Of a stretch of 64,000 bases of DNA, positions 19,456 to 29,508 are shown in pieces (position 1 is the stretch's first letter; each line of letters starts with the position of its first letter). The notes under the pieces were generated by a model that was not told the DNA's origin, did no database searches, and saw only the letters and a list, made by a program, of their open reading frames with translations. The translations under genes and the position numbers were made by a program. This DNA comes from an uncultured delta proteobacterium (GTDB lineage Bacteria > Desulfobacterota > Binatia > UBA9968), in assembly GCA_963760795.1 (NCBI GenBank), contig CAVXEP010000012.1:382185-446184 (forward strand), given 5' to 3'.

Positions 19456-21840
19456 TCACTCAAGCGCACCATCCCGCTTGTATGCGGCAATCGTCGTTGC
19501 GCTGTAGCCGACAACGTCTCGCAGCACCGCCTCCGTATCCCGGCCAAGCTCGGGGAACTCCCACCTGCGGCCCAGCTTCGCATTGGCAAATTGCAGCGGA
19601 AAATTCGGCAGCACCACATGTCCTAATCTTGGATTCTCCACAGCGACGATGAATCCACGCGCTCTTAGGTGCGGATCATTGGTTAAATCCTCGCCGGTTT
19701 GGACGACGCCCGCAGGAACACCTGCCCTTTGTAACTGATCTCGGATCGCGAAGACATCCTTATCCCTGGTCCATCGCGAAATGATGGAGTCGAGCGCAAC
19801 GCGGCTTTTGAGTCTGTCAGCGCTGGTCCTGAAACGCGCATCCTCGTCAATACCATCGCCCAAGACTTTCGCCAAGGCCGACCATTGTTGATCGGTCTCC
19901 GCAGCGATAACGCACCAGTGATCGTCCCCGGCGCAAGCGTAGCAACCATGCGGCGCCGACGCCAGCGAAGCATTGCCGATGGGCTCAGGATCATGACCGC
20001 TCGCCACTGCCTCCATCAAATTCGCGCCAATCATGAACGCCGTCGCTTCCGACTGTGCCAGGTCGATGAACGCGCCCTTGTTCCGGAGCTCGCGATTGAG
20101 CACACCGGAAATAATCAGGATGGCCGACAGAACGCCGGAAACATAATCAGGCAACACCGTCTGCGAGCCAACCGGCGGGTTGGTATTGCCCGGGTGATTC
20201 CATAGGTGCGTGAGCCCGGTGAACGACGCGATATTCACGCCCAGGGTCGAAAAATGACGCTTCGGGCCGCTCGTGCCGAGGCCTGGCATGCGCAGGTTGA
20301 CGATATCCGGCTTGGCAGCGCAGAGCTGATCGTAGCCCAGGCCAACGCGACCGACCACATCAACGCTGAAATTGTCGAGCACGGCATCCACTTTCGCGAC
20401 CAGGTCGTGCAGAATCTTCTGACCGTGCGGATGTTTAAGATTGACCGTGAAAGAACGCTTGTTGCGATTGAATTCGAGGAAGCGTGCCGACAGGTTTGGA
20501 TCTCCGCTGACGCCGAAAAATCGAAACGGGTCCATACCGCCCTTGCTCGATTCGACTTTGATGACCTCCGCGCCGAGTTCGGCCAGGATCGTAGTACCAT
20601 ACGGCCCGGCGAGCACGTGATCGAAGCTGACGATGCGCATGCCGTCCAGCGGACCATCGCCGGCCGTCGCGCTGACATTCTTTTTCGCCGGCGGTATTCT
20701 CCTATCACCGCCATCGCGCCAGCTATCGAGCACCGGCACGCTACCTGGCGCGGCACGGACACCGTCAATGACGAATGGCATTGCCGGCTGTTTTGTCCGG
20801 CCGAATCCCACATGATCGACCCAAGCCATAAAGCCCCGGGCCTGCACATGGTCATCGCGGACAAACCCTCCGGGTGTGTTCACAGGCACACAGGGAATTC
20901 CCTGCGACTGCAGCGACTCGGTGATTTCAGCCACGGTATATTTAACTACGAAGGCCTCGACGGCGGGATTGAGCTCCTCCACATGCGAACGGCGATAGAC
21001 ATAACTCAGCCATTCCGGCGCGTCGAATACCGGAGGATGATCTTTCCACAAATCCAAGAACAATTTCCAATGCTGCCGCGTGATGTAAATATAAACAAAG
21101 CCATCGCGGCAAGGAAAGATTTTTGCCGGAGCCACCGAGGCATGTTGGCTGCCGGCGCGTTTGAGGATCTCCTTGTCGTTGGCCCAGAGACGGATGACAT
21201 GCTCCTGGGTCGCCAGGCATTCTTGCATCGACGCGTCGACGTGATCGCCCTGTCCGGTGCGCTCGCGCCGGTAGAGCGCCGCCAGCACTCCCGCCGTGGC
21301 GAATAAACTGGCGAAGTAATACGCCTGGGTTTCCGGCGGCTTGCAGGGCGGCAAGCTGGGATCACCGGAAATATAGAGAAAGCCGCTCTCCGCCAGCGCG
21401 ACCAGATCGTTGCACGCGAACTGGCTCTTCGGGCCGGTCTGGCCGAAGCCGGTGATCGAAGCCAGGACAACACCCGGGTTAATCTCAGCGAGGTCTTTGT
21501 AGCCGAGCCCTTTGGCCGCCAAATCGTCCGGTTGAAAACTTTCCAGCACCACGTCCGCCGATTGCACCATATTGCGAAAGGTCGCACGGTCCGCTGCCAT
21601 CTCCAGGTCAAGAACCTTACTGGCTTTGCCGGCGTTGAGATGGGCAAAGGTCGTGCTGAGCAGTTGGCCATCCGAAAACCTGACGAAAGGCGCCAACTCC
21701 CTGACCGAATCTCCCCCTGGCGGCTCGATTTTGATTACCTCCATCCCCAAACCGACAAGCACACGGCCGCACAGCTGCCCGCTCAAGCCTGTGAGATCGA
21801 GCGCTCGATAGCCCTTGAGAAATGCTCCGGGCGATTCCAT
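19456..21840 (-). CDS. Fused double-domain family III CoA-transferase
   Basis: Two CaiB/BaiF repeats (N.GK.S..LDL; PLDGMRI..F.HVLAGP, NRNKRS); Asp only in the second half (VLPDYVSG). Confidence 0.92.
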   Translation of the reverse strand: MESPGAFLKGYRALDLTGLSGQLCGRVLVGLGMEVIKIEPPGGDSVRELAPFVRFSDGQLLSTTFAHLNAGKASKVLDLEMAADRATFRNMVQSADVVLESFQPDDLAAKGLGYKDLAEINPGVVLASITGFGQTGPKSQFACNDLVALAESGFLYISGDPSLPPCKPPETQAYYFASLFATAGVLAALYRRERTGQGDHVDASMQECLATQEHVIRLWANDKEILKRAGSQHASVAPAKIFPCRDGFVYIYITRQHWKLFLDLWKDHPPVFDAPEWLSYVYRRSHVEELNPAVEAFVVKYTVAEITESLQSQGIPCVPVNTPGGFVRDDHVQARGFMAWVDHVGFGRTKQPAMPFVIDGVRAAPGSVPVLDSWRDGGDRRIPPAKKNVSATAGDGPLDGMRIVSFDHVLAGPYGTTILAELGAEVIKVESSKGGMDPFRFFGVSGDPNLSARFLEFNRNKRSFTVNLKHPHGQKILHDLVAKVDAVLDNFSVDVVGRVGLGYDQLCAAKPDIVNLRMPGLGTSGPKRHFSTLGVNIASFTGLTHLWNHPGNTNPPVGSQTVLPDYVSGVLSAILIISGVLNRELRNKGAFIDLAQSEATAFMIGANLMEAVASGHDPEPIGNASLASAPHGCYACAGDDHWCVIAAETDQQWSALAKVLGDGIDEDARFRTSADRLKSRVALDSIISRWTRDKDVFAIRDQLQRAGVPAGVVQTGEDLTNDPHLRARGFIVAVENPRLGHVVLPNFPLQFANAKLGRRWEFPELGRDTEAVLRDVVGYSATTIAAYKRDGALE

Positions 21841-21983
21841 ATTGCTTTCTGCTCCCGCGTGTAGGCCGCTTAGCTACCGAGGTTTTTAGGATTGTCTAGC
21901 TTCTTCCACCAACCGTTGCACGATCGCTTTCAATCAACTCCATAGAACCGGAACTTAACCCGGCTGCACTGTTTTCCGGCCTG

Positions 21984-22783
21984 CTAGCGCCCCTTCCACG
22001 CCGGAGGACGTTTCTCGGCGAATGCACGGGAGCCTTCCTTTTGGTCCTCCGTTGTCGAAAGGGCCAAAGCCAATTCGCTCTCAAGCCGCAAACCTTGGTC
22101 AATGGGGAGTTCCACACCTTTCGTGATAGCTTTCTTGATGGCAATCACCGAAAGTGGCGCGCCGAGGCAAATTTTCGCGGCAATTTCTTCTGCGGCGCCG
22201 AGCATCCGTTCAACAGGAACCACCCGGTTCACGAGACAAAGATGATAAGCCTCCGCGGCATCGACAAGCTCACCGGTAAGACACAACTCAAGCGCTTTCG
22301 CGGTTCCGATCAGACGCGGCAACCGTTGAGTCCCCCGGAGCCGCCGAGTCTCCCCCGGCGGACTTCCATCATGCCAAGCTTCGCATCCTCTGCCGCGACG
22401 CGTATGTCACAAGCCAGCGCCACTTCCAGACCGCCGCCAACAGCGTAACCTCGTATGGCCGCGATCGTCGGCTTGTCCATTGCCGAGATGGCTTGATGAT
22501 GCAAATGGATCCCAGGCCGGTCGCGTGCATGGAGCTGCGCGAAAAAACTCGGTTCTCCGCCCTGAGGCGGCCGCTCCTTCAGATCGAAGCCGGTGCTAAA
22601 AGCCCGCTCGCCCGCGCCCGTGAAAATACCCACCCGGACTTCAGGATCACGTCTCAGCTGGTCACAGACATCGATAATTTCCCGTCGCATTTGCTGATTG
22701 ATCGCGTTCATAACCTCAGGACGATTCAATGTGACGTAACCAACATGATTCTTGATTTCGTAGATAATGGCTTGGTAATTCAC
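21984..22783 (-). CDS. Enoyl-CoA hydratase/isomerase, split by a 1-nt frameshift near 22334
   Basis: TLNRPE.MNA, AFSTGFDL, KPTIAAI.GYAVGGGLE.ALACD; adding one base to the G5 run gives GGTQRLPRLIG...EG.RAFAEKRPP.WKGR. Confidence 0.88.
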
Positions 22784-22830
22784 GATAAATGCTCCTTCTT
22801 CATCTGCGCCGTTATTTCAGACAGGCTAAA

Positions 22831-23661
22831 CTACTCTTCGACTGCTATGAAACGGCAAGGCGAAGCTCCGCCCCTTTTGATCAAGAGAGGCAACACGATC
22901 ATCTTCACACGATTTTTTGCGATCTGGTCGCAATCAATCAAACACTTGCAACCAGCCATCGCCTTTTTGATTAGCGCGCCGTAGCTGCTCGGCTGTGGGC
23001 TGCCGTGCTTATGCGCGCCAAGATCTATGACTCTTTCTCGAGCTTCGGCCGATGGCCAGGGCTTCGGATGCGGGAGCAACGGGGTCTCACCGCGGAACCA
23101 GTTGTTGCCCTGAACGCTGGGCGGATTCACCAGACCGCAATCGGTCATGAACAACCCACTACCCATCTCGTCCATCTTTTTTGCCAATAGCGCGGCCGCA
23201 TCGAAGTGAATGCTGGGAGTTCTTTTGTAGTAGTCGATGCCAAGCTCGTAGGCTCGCGCGCGCGTGCCCCAGCCGGTCCGGAGCAGCACCTCGTCGCCTT
23301 TCTTATAGTCGGCTTTATTGATAGCCGTCTCCATCTCGTCGGGCGTGATCTCATGCCCTTCCGGAGCGCTAATATCGAGAAGTACGGTATCCCTGAGAAT
23401 TAGTTTTTCGAGTGGTATTTCATCGAGCAACCATGAAAATTTAGGGTCGGGCTGGAGCGGGGTTGCATCAAAGGGGTTGCGCTGGTGCGGGACCATGAAC
23501 GGACTGCCGGTCTCGCCGTCGAGCTTCATGCGGGTCATGCGCAGGCCGTGCTTGTCGTAGTACATATATTCGTGCAACCGCACGGGAGAATTCGTAAAAG
23601 GCAAAATCTCGCCGTATCCCGCGCCTTCCCAGATCGGCATCGTCAAATCGATAAGTTTCAT
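22831..23661 (-). CDS. Cyclase/kynurenine-formamidase-fold protein, metal motif degenerate
   Basis: MKLIDLTMPI, LDEIPLEKLI, GD.VLLRTGW, LPLLIKRGGASPCR..A; ETGSPFMVPH replaces HxGTHxDxPxH. Confidence 0.75.
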   Translation of the reverse strand: MKLIDLTMPIWEGAGYGEILPFTNSPVRLHEYMYYDKHGLRMTRMKLDGETGSPFMVPHQRNPFDATPLQPDPKFSWLLDEIPLEKLILRDTVLLDISAPEGHEITPDEMETAINKADYKKGDEVLLRTGWGTRARAYELGIDYYKRTPSIHFDAAALLAKKMDEMGSGLFMTDCGLVNPPSVQGNNWFRGETPLLPHPKPWPSAEARERVIDLGAHKHGSPQPSSYGALIKKAMAGCKCLIDCDQIAKNRVKMIVLPLLIKRGGASPCRFIAVEE

Positions 23662-23665
23662 CGCG

Positions 23666-24421
23666 TCAGTCCTCCAAAGCTACGACTCTGCACGTTGAAG
23701 CCACGCCGCGCACAACTTTCAACGGTGACACAATTATTTTGATTTTGTCTTTCTTGATCTGGCCACAGTGAACCAACTTCCGCACAGTCATGATGCCCGC
23801 GCGGGCGAGTACCATCTCTGCGGCAAAATCTTTCTTGGCTTTCTCGCCGTCGTAAAGGTGCAAGTACATGCGCGCCTCGGGGGACTCCGCCGCGGGAGTC
23901 GGCAGCATGGAACACCACTCGGGGATTAGATGTTTGTCCGGCCAGCCGACCAGCGCCGTATCGACCAACAACAAATCGCTCTGGTTCTGATTCATTCGTT
24001 TCGCCAAATATTGTGCTGCTTCCAGAGATAAATGCGGGCTGCCGAGGAGATAGGATTCTCCATAAGGCTTGTCGCCCCACCCTGTCGCGATCAGAATCGC
24101 TTCTCCCTTCGCAGGTTGAGCTGCATCGAAGCCATGTTTGACATCTGCATCGTTTATCTCTTCACCCTCCGACTTGGCTATATTGATCACAGTGGTAGGC
24201 CGCAAAACCAATTTATCGAGCGCCACTTCATCGAGCCGCGCGGTCTTGCGAAACGCTTCGAACACCGCAGGCAAGGTCAGACACGTGCCCGAGTCGCTAC
24301 CGATAACCATCCCCTTTTCTTGATGATTCTTGGGTCCGAGAAAAAACTTTACTGATGTCGGCAAGACATCGTCGGGCATCCATTGATGATTCAATGGCAT
24401 TGTCAATTCATGGAATTTCAT
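23666..24421 (-). CDS. Second cyclase-fold protein, metal motif degenerate
   Basis: MKFHELTMPL, LDEVALDKLV, GEAILIATGW, PHLSLEAA, PLKVVRGVASTCRVVA; DSGTCLTLP replaces the His motif. Confidence 0.72.
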   Translation of the reverse strand: MKFHELTMPLNHQWMPDDVLPTSVKFFLGPKNHQEKGMVIGSDSGTCLTLPAVFEAFRKTARLDEVALDKLVLRPTTVINIAKSEGEEINDADVKHGFDAAQPAKGEAILIATGWGDKPYGESYLLGSPHLSLEAAQYLAKRMNQNQSDLLLVDTALVGWPDKHLIPEWCSMLPTPAAESPEARMYLHLYDGEKAKKDFAAEMVLARAGIMTVRKLVHCGQIKKDKIKIIVSPLKVVRGVASTCRVVALED

Positions 24422-24479
24422 AATCCTCCCATGCTAGTTTTCGAGATTTTCGATCCTCCCGCTTGCCCCCTCCACGCCG

Positions 24480-24628
24480 AAACCTTGGCGCGGCAAATGA
24501 TTTACCCATGCGAGTCCCGGTGACCAAAGCAGCACCCAACCAAATGCTTTCAACATCGTCGGCACCGCGAGCGATACCAACATCGTTGAGTAGATCGTGG
24601 AGCGAAAAGGAATAGCGGTATTTACCAA
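24480..24628 (-). pseudogene. Internal fragment of an Fe3+/thiamine-type ABC permease
   Basis: NTAIPFRSTIYSTMLVSLAVPTMLKAFGWVLLWSP...VN resembles the FbpB-type T..P.R......P....A..W..L.SP..G.IN segment. Confidence 0.5.
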
Positions 24629-24633
24629 GAACT

Positions 24634-25474
24634 TTAGCGTTCTAAAGAGTAATTGATCATGATCCGCTCGGCGCCATAGTATTCTTGCAAGAACTCACCC
24701 TGGTTCGCATAGCGCCGCTTGGGCAAGAGGCGGGCTTGAAACGACACGGGCAATGGATCGATATTGAACGGATAAGGTGAAACCGTGGCACGGCTTTCAT
24801 CTTTTATGATGAAAGTCAGAATTGCATCGGCCTTGCCGGGTTGGGTCGGCGTTGGAACATTGCTCATGGTGTTGCTCGGGCCGTTCTTGCGCTGGGTGCT
24901 ATTGAACGGATAACGATTACAAACGAACTGCCCCATCTGATCGTAGACTTCCATCAATTTGAAGTTGGTCCAGATTTGTTCCTCCGACAAGTAGTCGTGA
25001 TACTCGGGCGAGCTTTTCAGTTGCTGCATGAGACCGTTGCGATAGCTCTCTTGCTCGCGGAGAAATTCTTGGACTTCCGGATAGACTTTGTAGTCCGGCA
25101 TGTAAGGCAGCAAGCCGCGCCCTTGAGTGAGCAAGCCGTCGGAATGCAGCGACACGATGTAGCCGGCATAGGGATCCTGCTCGGCGAGCCGCTCGATGCC
25201 GTGGCGGTAAAAGTCGAGCCAGACTTTGCTGCCGAGATGTTTGATGCTGCCGATATAATCTGGCGGCACTCCTTCGCTATTTAATTGTGGCTTGATCTCC
25301 CAGTCCCACCAGCCGGTATCATGTTCCTGCGCCGCCAGAACCATGGCAGCGTAGGGCGAAGGCCGGGCGAATTTGTCGTTGCCCCAGTGGGCGGCAAACC
25401 AGCCGGTGACTTTGGAGTGATCGACTTGGAGAATCAATAACAAGTCGGTTGTCATCGTAAGGACATACCATCAT
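24634..25474 (-). CDS. DUF3891-family protein (+1 indel near codon 9)
   Basis: QVDHS...GWFAAHWGN..F..P, A.QEHDTGW..WE; AAAGGAG RBS precedes ATGATG at 25474 (MMVCPYDD.., colinear with paralogue MMAYPYDN), but the long frame starts at 25455. Confidence 0.8.
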
Positions 25475-25511
25475 AGAGCGATCTCCTTTCGCCTGGATCG
25501 TATCGTTGAGC

Positions 25512-25576
25512 GTTCAGGGTTCAAAGGTTCAATGTCAGACTCCGCAGTCTTACCTTGGACTTTTGAACCCTTGAAC
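25512..25576. repeat. Intergenic hairpin made of GTTCAA-type short repeats
   Basis: GTTCAGGGTTCAAAGGTTCAA...TTGGACTTTTGAACCCTTGAAC; related TTGAAC units near 51511-51602. Confidence 0.6.
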
Positions 25577-25584
25577 AAATGGCG

Positions 25585-26550
25585 CTAAGCCATAAGTTTC
25601 CCTATTGTCGCAGCGAAAATATCCTCGAGCTCAGATGTCGACCAACCGGTATTGTTTAGCGCCGCGATGGTTTCTTTTTCCGTGTTCGGCACATGGGGCA
25701 CATCGGTGCCGAACACCAGCGTATGGACACCCCAGGTTGCGCGCGCGCAGTGCAACGCCGGCACATGGGCGCAGGCGGTGTCAAAGTAGCAACGGCGCAG
25801 ATAATAGCTCGGCGGATGGGGACAGCTTGAAAACCGCTGATAGCCGCGGTCGATCCGATCCAGAATCATCGGCAGGCCGCCGCCCAAGTGCGACCAGACG
25901 ATTTTCACATCGGGGCACTCGGCGAGGACCCCGGCCAGGGCGAGCTTGGTCGCCGCCATGGCAGTTTCGTTCGGATAACCGACCGAAAGAAAAGTTCCCG
26001 GATCATTCTGGGGCGCGTCGCAGGGACAAGTCGGGTGGACAAGAACCAGCAATTTTCGCCGGTTCATCTCCTGCCAAAAATGACGCACCGCCGGCGCCTG
26101 CAGTTGATGGTCGCCGATATTCGTCGCTATGCCGACACCGGCGGCACCGAGACCGAGAGCGCGATCGAGCTCACGTACCATCTCGGAGCGGTCGGTTGTC
26201 GGCAAGACGGCAACAAATCGAAATCGCGTTTGATGTTGGCGGCAGACGGCGGCCAGCCCATCGTTGATCACGCGCGCCGCGCCCGCTTCACGTGCGCCCG
26301 CCCAACCGATATTCAGTGCGCCGACCGAGAGCACCGCGGTATCGATGCCGGCCTCATCCATAGACGCTAGGCGCTTTTGCAGGTCATCTTGTTCCGTCGG
26401 CATGGACATGACATGGGTGCCGCGGTAGATCAGCGATTGTCCGCGCGGATTGTCGATGAGTTTGAAGTCGGCGCGATCCTTCAGCACTTCGGTGAAGCAG
26501 CCGGCGGGGTAAACATGGGAATGAACGTCGATGATTTTGCTCGGCGCCAT
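25585..26550 (-). CDS. Amidohydrolase_2 family (ACMSD/LigW-like decarboxylase or hydratase)
   Basis: IDVHSH, VHP, SHLGG.LP, FDTA, FGTD.PH. Confidence 0.88.
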   Translation of the reverse strand: MAPSKIIDVHSHVYPAGCFTEVLKDRADFKLIDNPRGQSLIYRGTHVMSMPTEQDDLQKRLASMDEAGIDTAVLSVGALNIGWAGAREAGAARVINDGLAAVCRQHQTRFRFVAVLPTTDRSEMVRELDRALGLGAAGVGIATNIGDHQLQAPAVRHFWQEMNRRKLLVLVHPTCPCDAPQNDPGTFLSVGYPNETAMAATKLALAGVLAECPDVKIVWSHLGGGLPMILDRIDRGYQRFSSCPHPPSYYLRRCYFDTACAHVPALHCARATWGVHTLVFGTDVPHVPNTEKETIAALNNTGWSTSELEDIFAATIGKLMA

Positions 26551-26599
26551 GGATTATCCTTCACTGCTAGATGTTTTTTGCAGTGTTTCTTCAAAGCGA

Positions 26600-28924
26600 T
26601 TACGTTGCCGCACCAACGCCTACCCCTCTGCCAGCTTTCCGTATCAGTTCCAGTATGTAATCCGGCCGCAAGGGCAACTTCGTTACTTCAACACCCAACG
26701 CGTTCGACACCGCGTTGGCTAGAGCCGCTCCGGCAGCGGTGATGCCGCCTTCGCCGGCGCCTTTGACGCCCAGGGGGTTGTGCGGCGATGGAAAGTCTTC
26801 CGTCGAAATGAACTGCGCCTTGGGCATTTCCATGGCCGTCGGCAGCAAATAATCCATGAAGCTGGTCGACAGCGGTTGGCCGTCTTCGCCGTAGACGAAT
26901 TCTTCCAAGATCGCTCCGCCGATGCCTTGGGCCAAGCCGCCGGCCATCTGGCCTTCGATGATCATTGGATTGATTTTGCGACCGACATCTTCGGTGACTA
27001 AATAATCGAGAATTTTGATCTTGCCGGTCTCTTTATCGACTTCGACTGCGGCGACATGGACACCGTAGGGAAATGGGCGTTTGTCGGTGGCAAAAAAGTC
27101 TTCTTCCGAAATGCCCGGTGTGATGCCGCTCTTGAGAGCCGGACCCGGGAGCGCGAGACGCGCGAGATCGGTGAAGGTCAACGACCGCTCGGGCGCTCCG
27201 CGCGCGACCACTCGGCCGTCGCGTAAAATCAAATCCGCCGCGTCGATTTCCAGATTGGCCGAGGCCAGGCGCAGGAGTTTGTCTTTTACTTTGCGCGCAG
27301 CGCCAACCGCGGCGCTGCCGGCCATCACCGTAGATCGGCTGGCATTGCTGCCGTTGCCGTAGGGAACTTTGGCCGTGTCGCCATGAACCACGCTTACGTC
27401 GTCGATGGAACATTCCAGCTCATCGGCGACGATCTGGCTCAGCGCGGTTGCAATGCCCTGGCCCACCGAGTTGCATCCGGAATACAGCACGACCTTGCCG
27501 GCGTTATCGATCTCGATGCGGGCGTATTCCCAGGGGCCGATGCCGCTGGTTTCGACGAAGCAGCCGATGCCGACGCCGATGGCGCGGCCTTCCATCTTTG
27601 CCGCAGCAATTTTCTTTTTCCACTCGTCGTAGCCGATTTTTTCCAGCGCTCGATTCATCTGGCTGATAAAATCGCCGGTATCATAGACCATATAATGAAA
27701 AGGATGTTTGCCCAGGTCATAGGGCATTTCTTCATGCCGTATCAAATTGCGCCGGCGCACGTCCGCCGGATCTAGCTGCAAACGATGAGCGATCATGTCG
27801 ACCAGCCGCTCGCGCACGAAATTCGCTTCGTAACGCCCCGGGCTGCGGTAGGTGCCCACCGGAGTTTTGTTGGTGAGCACGCAGAATACGTTGGCGCGGT
27901 AGTTCTTGATCCGCAACGGACCGCGCAGCATGGCGGAGGCCGAGATTGCCGGCACACCGCCGTGGGTGCGAGTGTAGCCGCCCATGTCGAAGAGAACCTC
28001 GGCATCCATCGCCAGGATCGTGCCGTCGCTTTTAACGCCGATTTTAACGCGGTGGTTTTGCTGGCGCGATTGATTCATCGCCTTGAGATTTTCCGAGCGA
28101 TCTTCAATCCAACAGATCGGTTTGCGAAAATGCCTCGCCGCGAACGGGATCAAGAAGTCCTCCGGATAAAACTCACCGCGCGCGCCGAAGCCGCCGCCCA
28201 CTTCAGGCTCGATGAAGTGGATGCAGCTCTGCGGCAGGCCGATCAGATCCGAGAGTATGCGCCAATTGGTGTGGGTCATCTTGGTCGGTCCCCACATGGT
28301 TAGAAACCCGCGGCCTTCGTCCCACTCGGCGACCAGGCCGCGATTCTCCAGTGGCACGGCGGAGTGGCGCTGCGTCGAAAAGTTTTCTTCGAAGATTAGA
28401 TCGCATGCCGCGAATGCGGCGTCGACTTCACCCACGTTGACTTGAAAGTTGGCGGCAATGTTATTCGGTGTCGCGTCGTGAAGTTGCGGCGCGCCGGGTT
28501 GCATGCTCGCGCGCGCGTCGGTGACCGCGCCCAACGGATGGTATTCGACATCGATCAATTCGAGCGCGTCTTCCGCCAGGTATCGGCTCTCCGCCACCAC
28601 CACGGCGACCGGGTCACCGACGTAACGGACTTTTGTCGTTGCTATGGGTGTCTGCTGCGAACGCTCCAGTCCGGGAATAACACCGGTGCGCATCGGGATG
28701 GTCTTCACTCCCGGCATGTCGGCGGCAGTGAGCACGCCGATGACGCCCGGTAATTTGAGCGCCGCGCCAGCTTCGATCTTCAGCAGGTGCGCGTGGGCGT
28801 GGGTGCTGCGCAGAATTGCCGCGTGCACCATGCCGGGACGGTGGATGTCGCCTACGTATTTGCCGATACCGCGCAGAAGCCGCAAATCTTCTTTGCGTCT
28901 AATTCTCGAACCGATGTACGCCAT
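26600..28924 (-). CDS. Xanthine-dehydrogenase-family molybdopterin large subunit (CoxL-like, not form I CODH)
   Basis: IG..I.RKEDLRLL.G.G.YV.D, VGGGFG, active-site loop TYRSPGR, GQG..TAL.QI, KGAGEGG; start taken at MAYIGS. Confidence 0.93.
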   Translation of the reverse strand: MAYIGSRIRRKEDLRLLRGIGKYVGDIHRPGMVHAAILRSTHAHAHLLKIEAGAALKLPGVIGVLTAADMPGVKTIPMRTGVIPGLERSQQTPIATTKVRYVGDPVAVVVAESRYLAEDALELIDVEYHPLGAVTDARASMQPGAPQLHDATPNNIAANFQVNVGEVDAAFAACDLIFEENFSTQRHSAVPLENRGLVAEWDEGRGFLTMWGPTKMTHTNWRILSDLIGLPQSCIHFIEPEVGGGFGARGEFYPEDFLIPFAARHFRKPICWIEDRSENLKAMNQSRQQNHRVKIGVKSDGTILAMDAEVLFDMGGYTRTHGGVPAISASAMLRGPLRIKNYRANVFCVLTNKTPVGTYRSPGRYEANFVRERLVDMIAHRLQLDPADVRRRNLIRHEEMPYDLGKHPFHYMVYDTGDFISQMNRALEKIGYDEWKKKIAAAKMEGRAIGVGIGCFVETSGIGPWEYARIEIDNAGKVVLYSGCNSVGQGIATALSQIVADELECSIDDVSVVHGDTAKVPYGNGSNASRSTVMAGSAAVGAARKVKDKLLRLASANLEIDAADLILRDGRVVARGAPERSLTFTDLARLALPGPALKSGITPGISEEDFFATDKRPFPYGVHVAAVEVDKETGKIKILDYLVTEDVGRKINPMIIEGQMAGGLAQGIGGAILEEFVYGEDGQPLSTSFMDYLLPTAMEMPKAQFISTEDFPSPHNPLGVKGAGEGGITAAGAALANAVSNALGVEVTKLPLRPDYILELIRKAGRGVGVGAAT

Positions 28925-29022
28925 AAATACTAATTTCGGGTTTGGAGTCGAGAGTTTTGGGTTTTCTGTTGCTAAATCATCCTGCGCCAGGGCTTTTTCC
29001 ACGGTCACTCTCGGGCATCTAT

Positions 29023-29508
29023 TCAGGACTGCGGGCTATTCTTTAACTTGGCTGTCGCCAATATCGCCGTCACGATGTTTTGATATCCGGTGCAACGGCA
29101 AAGATTTCCGCTGATCCATTCGCGCACTTCTTCCTCGCTCGGGTTCGGTATCTCTTTTAACAGTGCTTCGGCGGTAAGTAAGATTCCCGGCGTGCAGAAG
29201 CCGCATTGCAAACCATGCAGTTCCCAGAATTTTTCTTGTAGGGGATGGAGTTCGTCGGCGTTGGGCGCGAGCCCTTCAATAGTCTTTATTGCCGCCCCAT
29301 TGGACTGCACCGCGAACAGCAAACAAGAGCGCACCGGTTCGCCATTAAACAAGATCGTGCACGCGCCGCACACGCCATGCTCGCAGCCGACATGGGTGCC
29401 GGTGAGACCGAGATCGTCGCGCAAGAAATCCGTCAGGAGTTTGCGCGGCTCCACATCGCCGCGGTATTCGCGGCCATTGATCGTCAAGCGCACTGGCTGG
29501 CTGCTCAT
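29023..29508 (-). CDS. (2Fe-2S) small subunit (CoxS-like)
   Basis: GCEHGVCGACT, SCL, QCGFCTPG, GNLCRCTGY. Confidence 0.95.
   Translation of the reverse strand: MSSQPVRLTINGREYRGDVEPRKLLTDFLRDDLGLTGTHVGCEHGVCGACTILFNGEPVRSCLLFAVQSNGAAIKTIEGLAPNADELHPLQEKFWELHGLQCGFCTPGILLTAEALLKEIPNPSEEEVREWISGNLCRCTGYQNIVTAILATAKLKNSPQS

Noticed and set aside
20206-21306. 366-aa plus-strand ORF
   Set aside because: Antisense to the fused CoA-transferase
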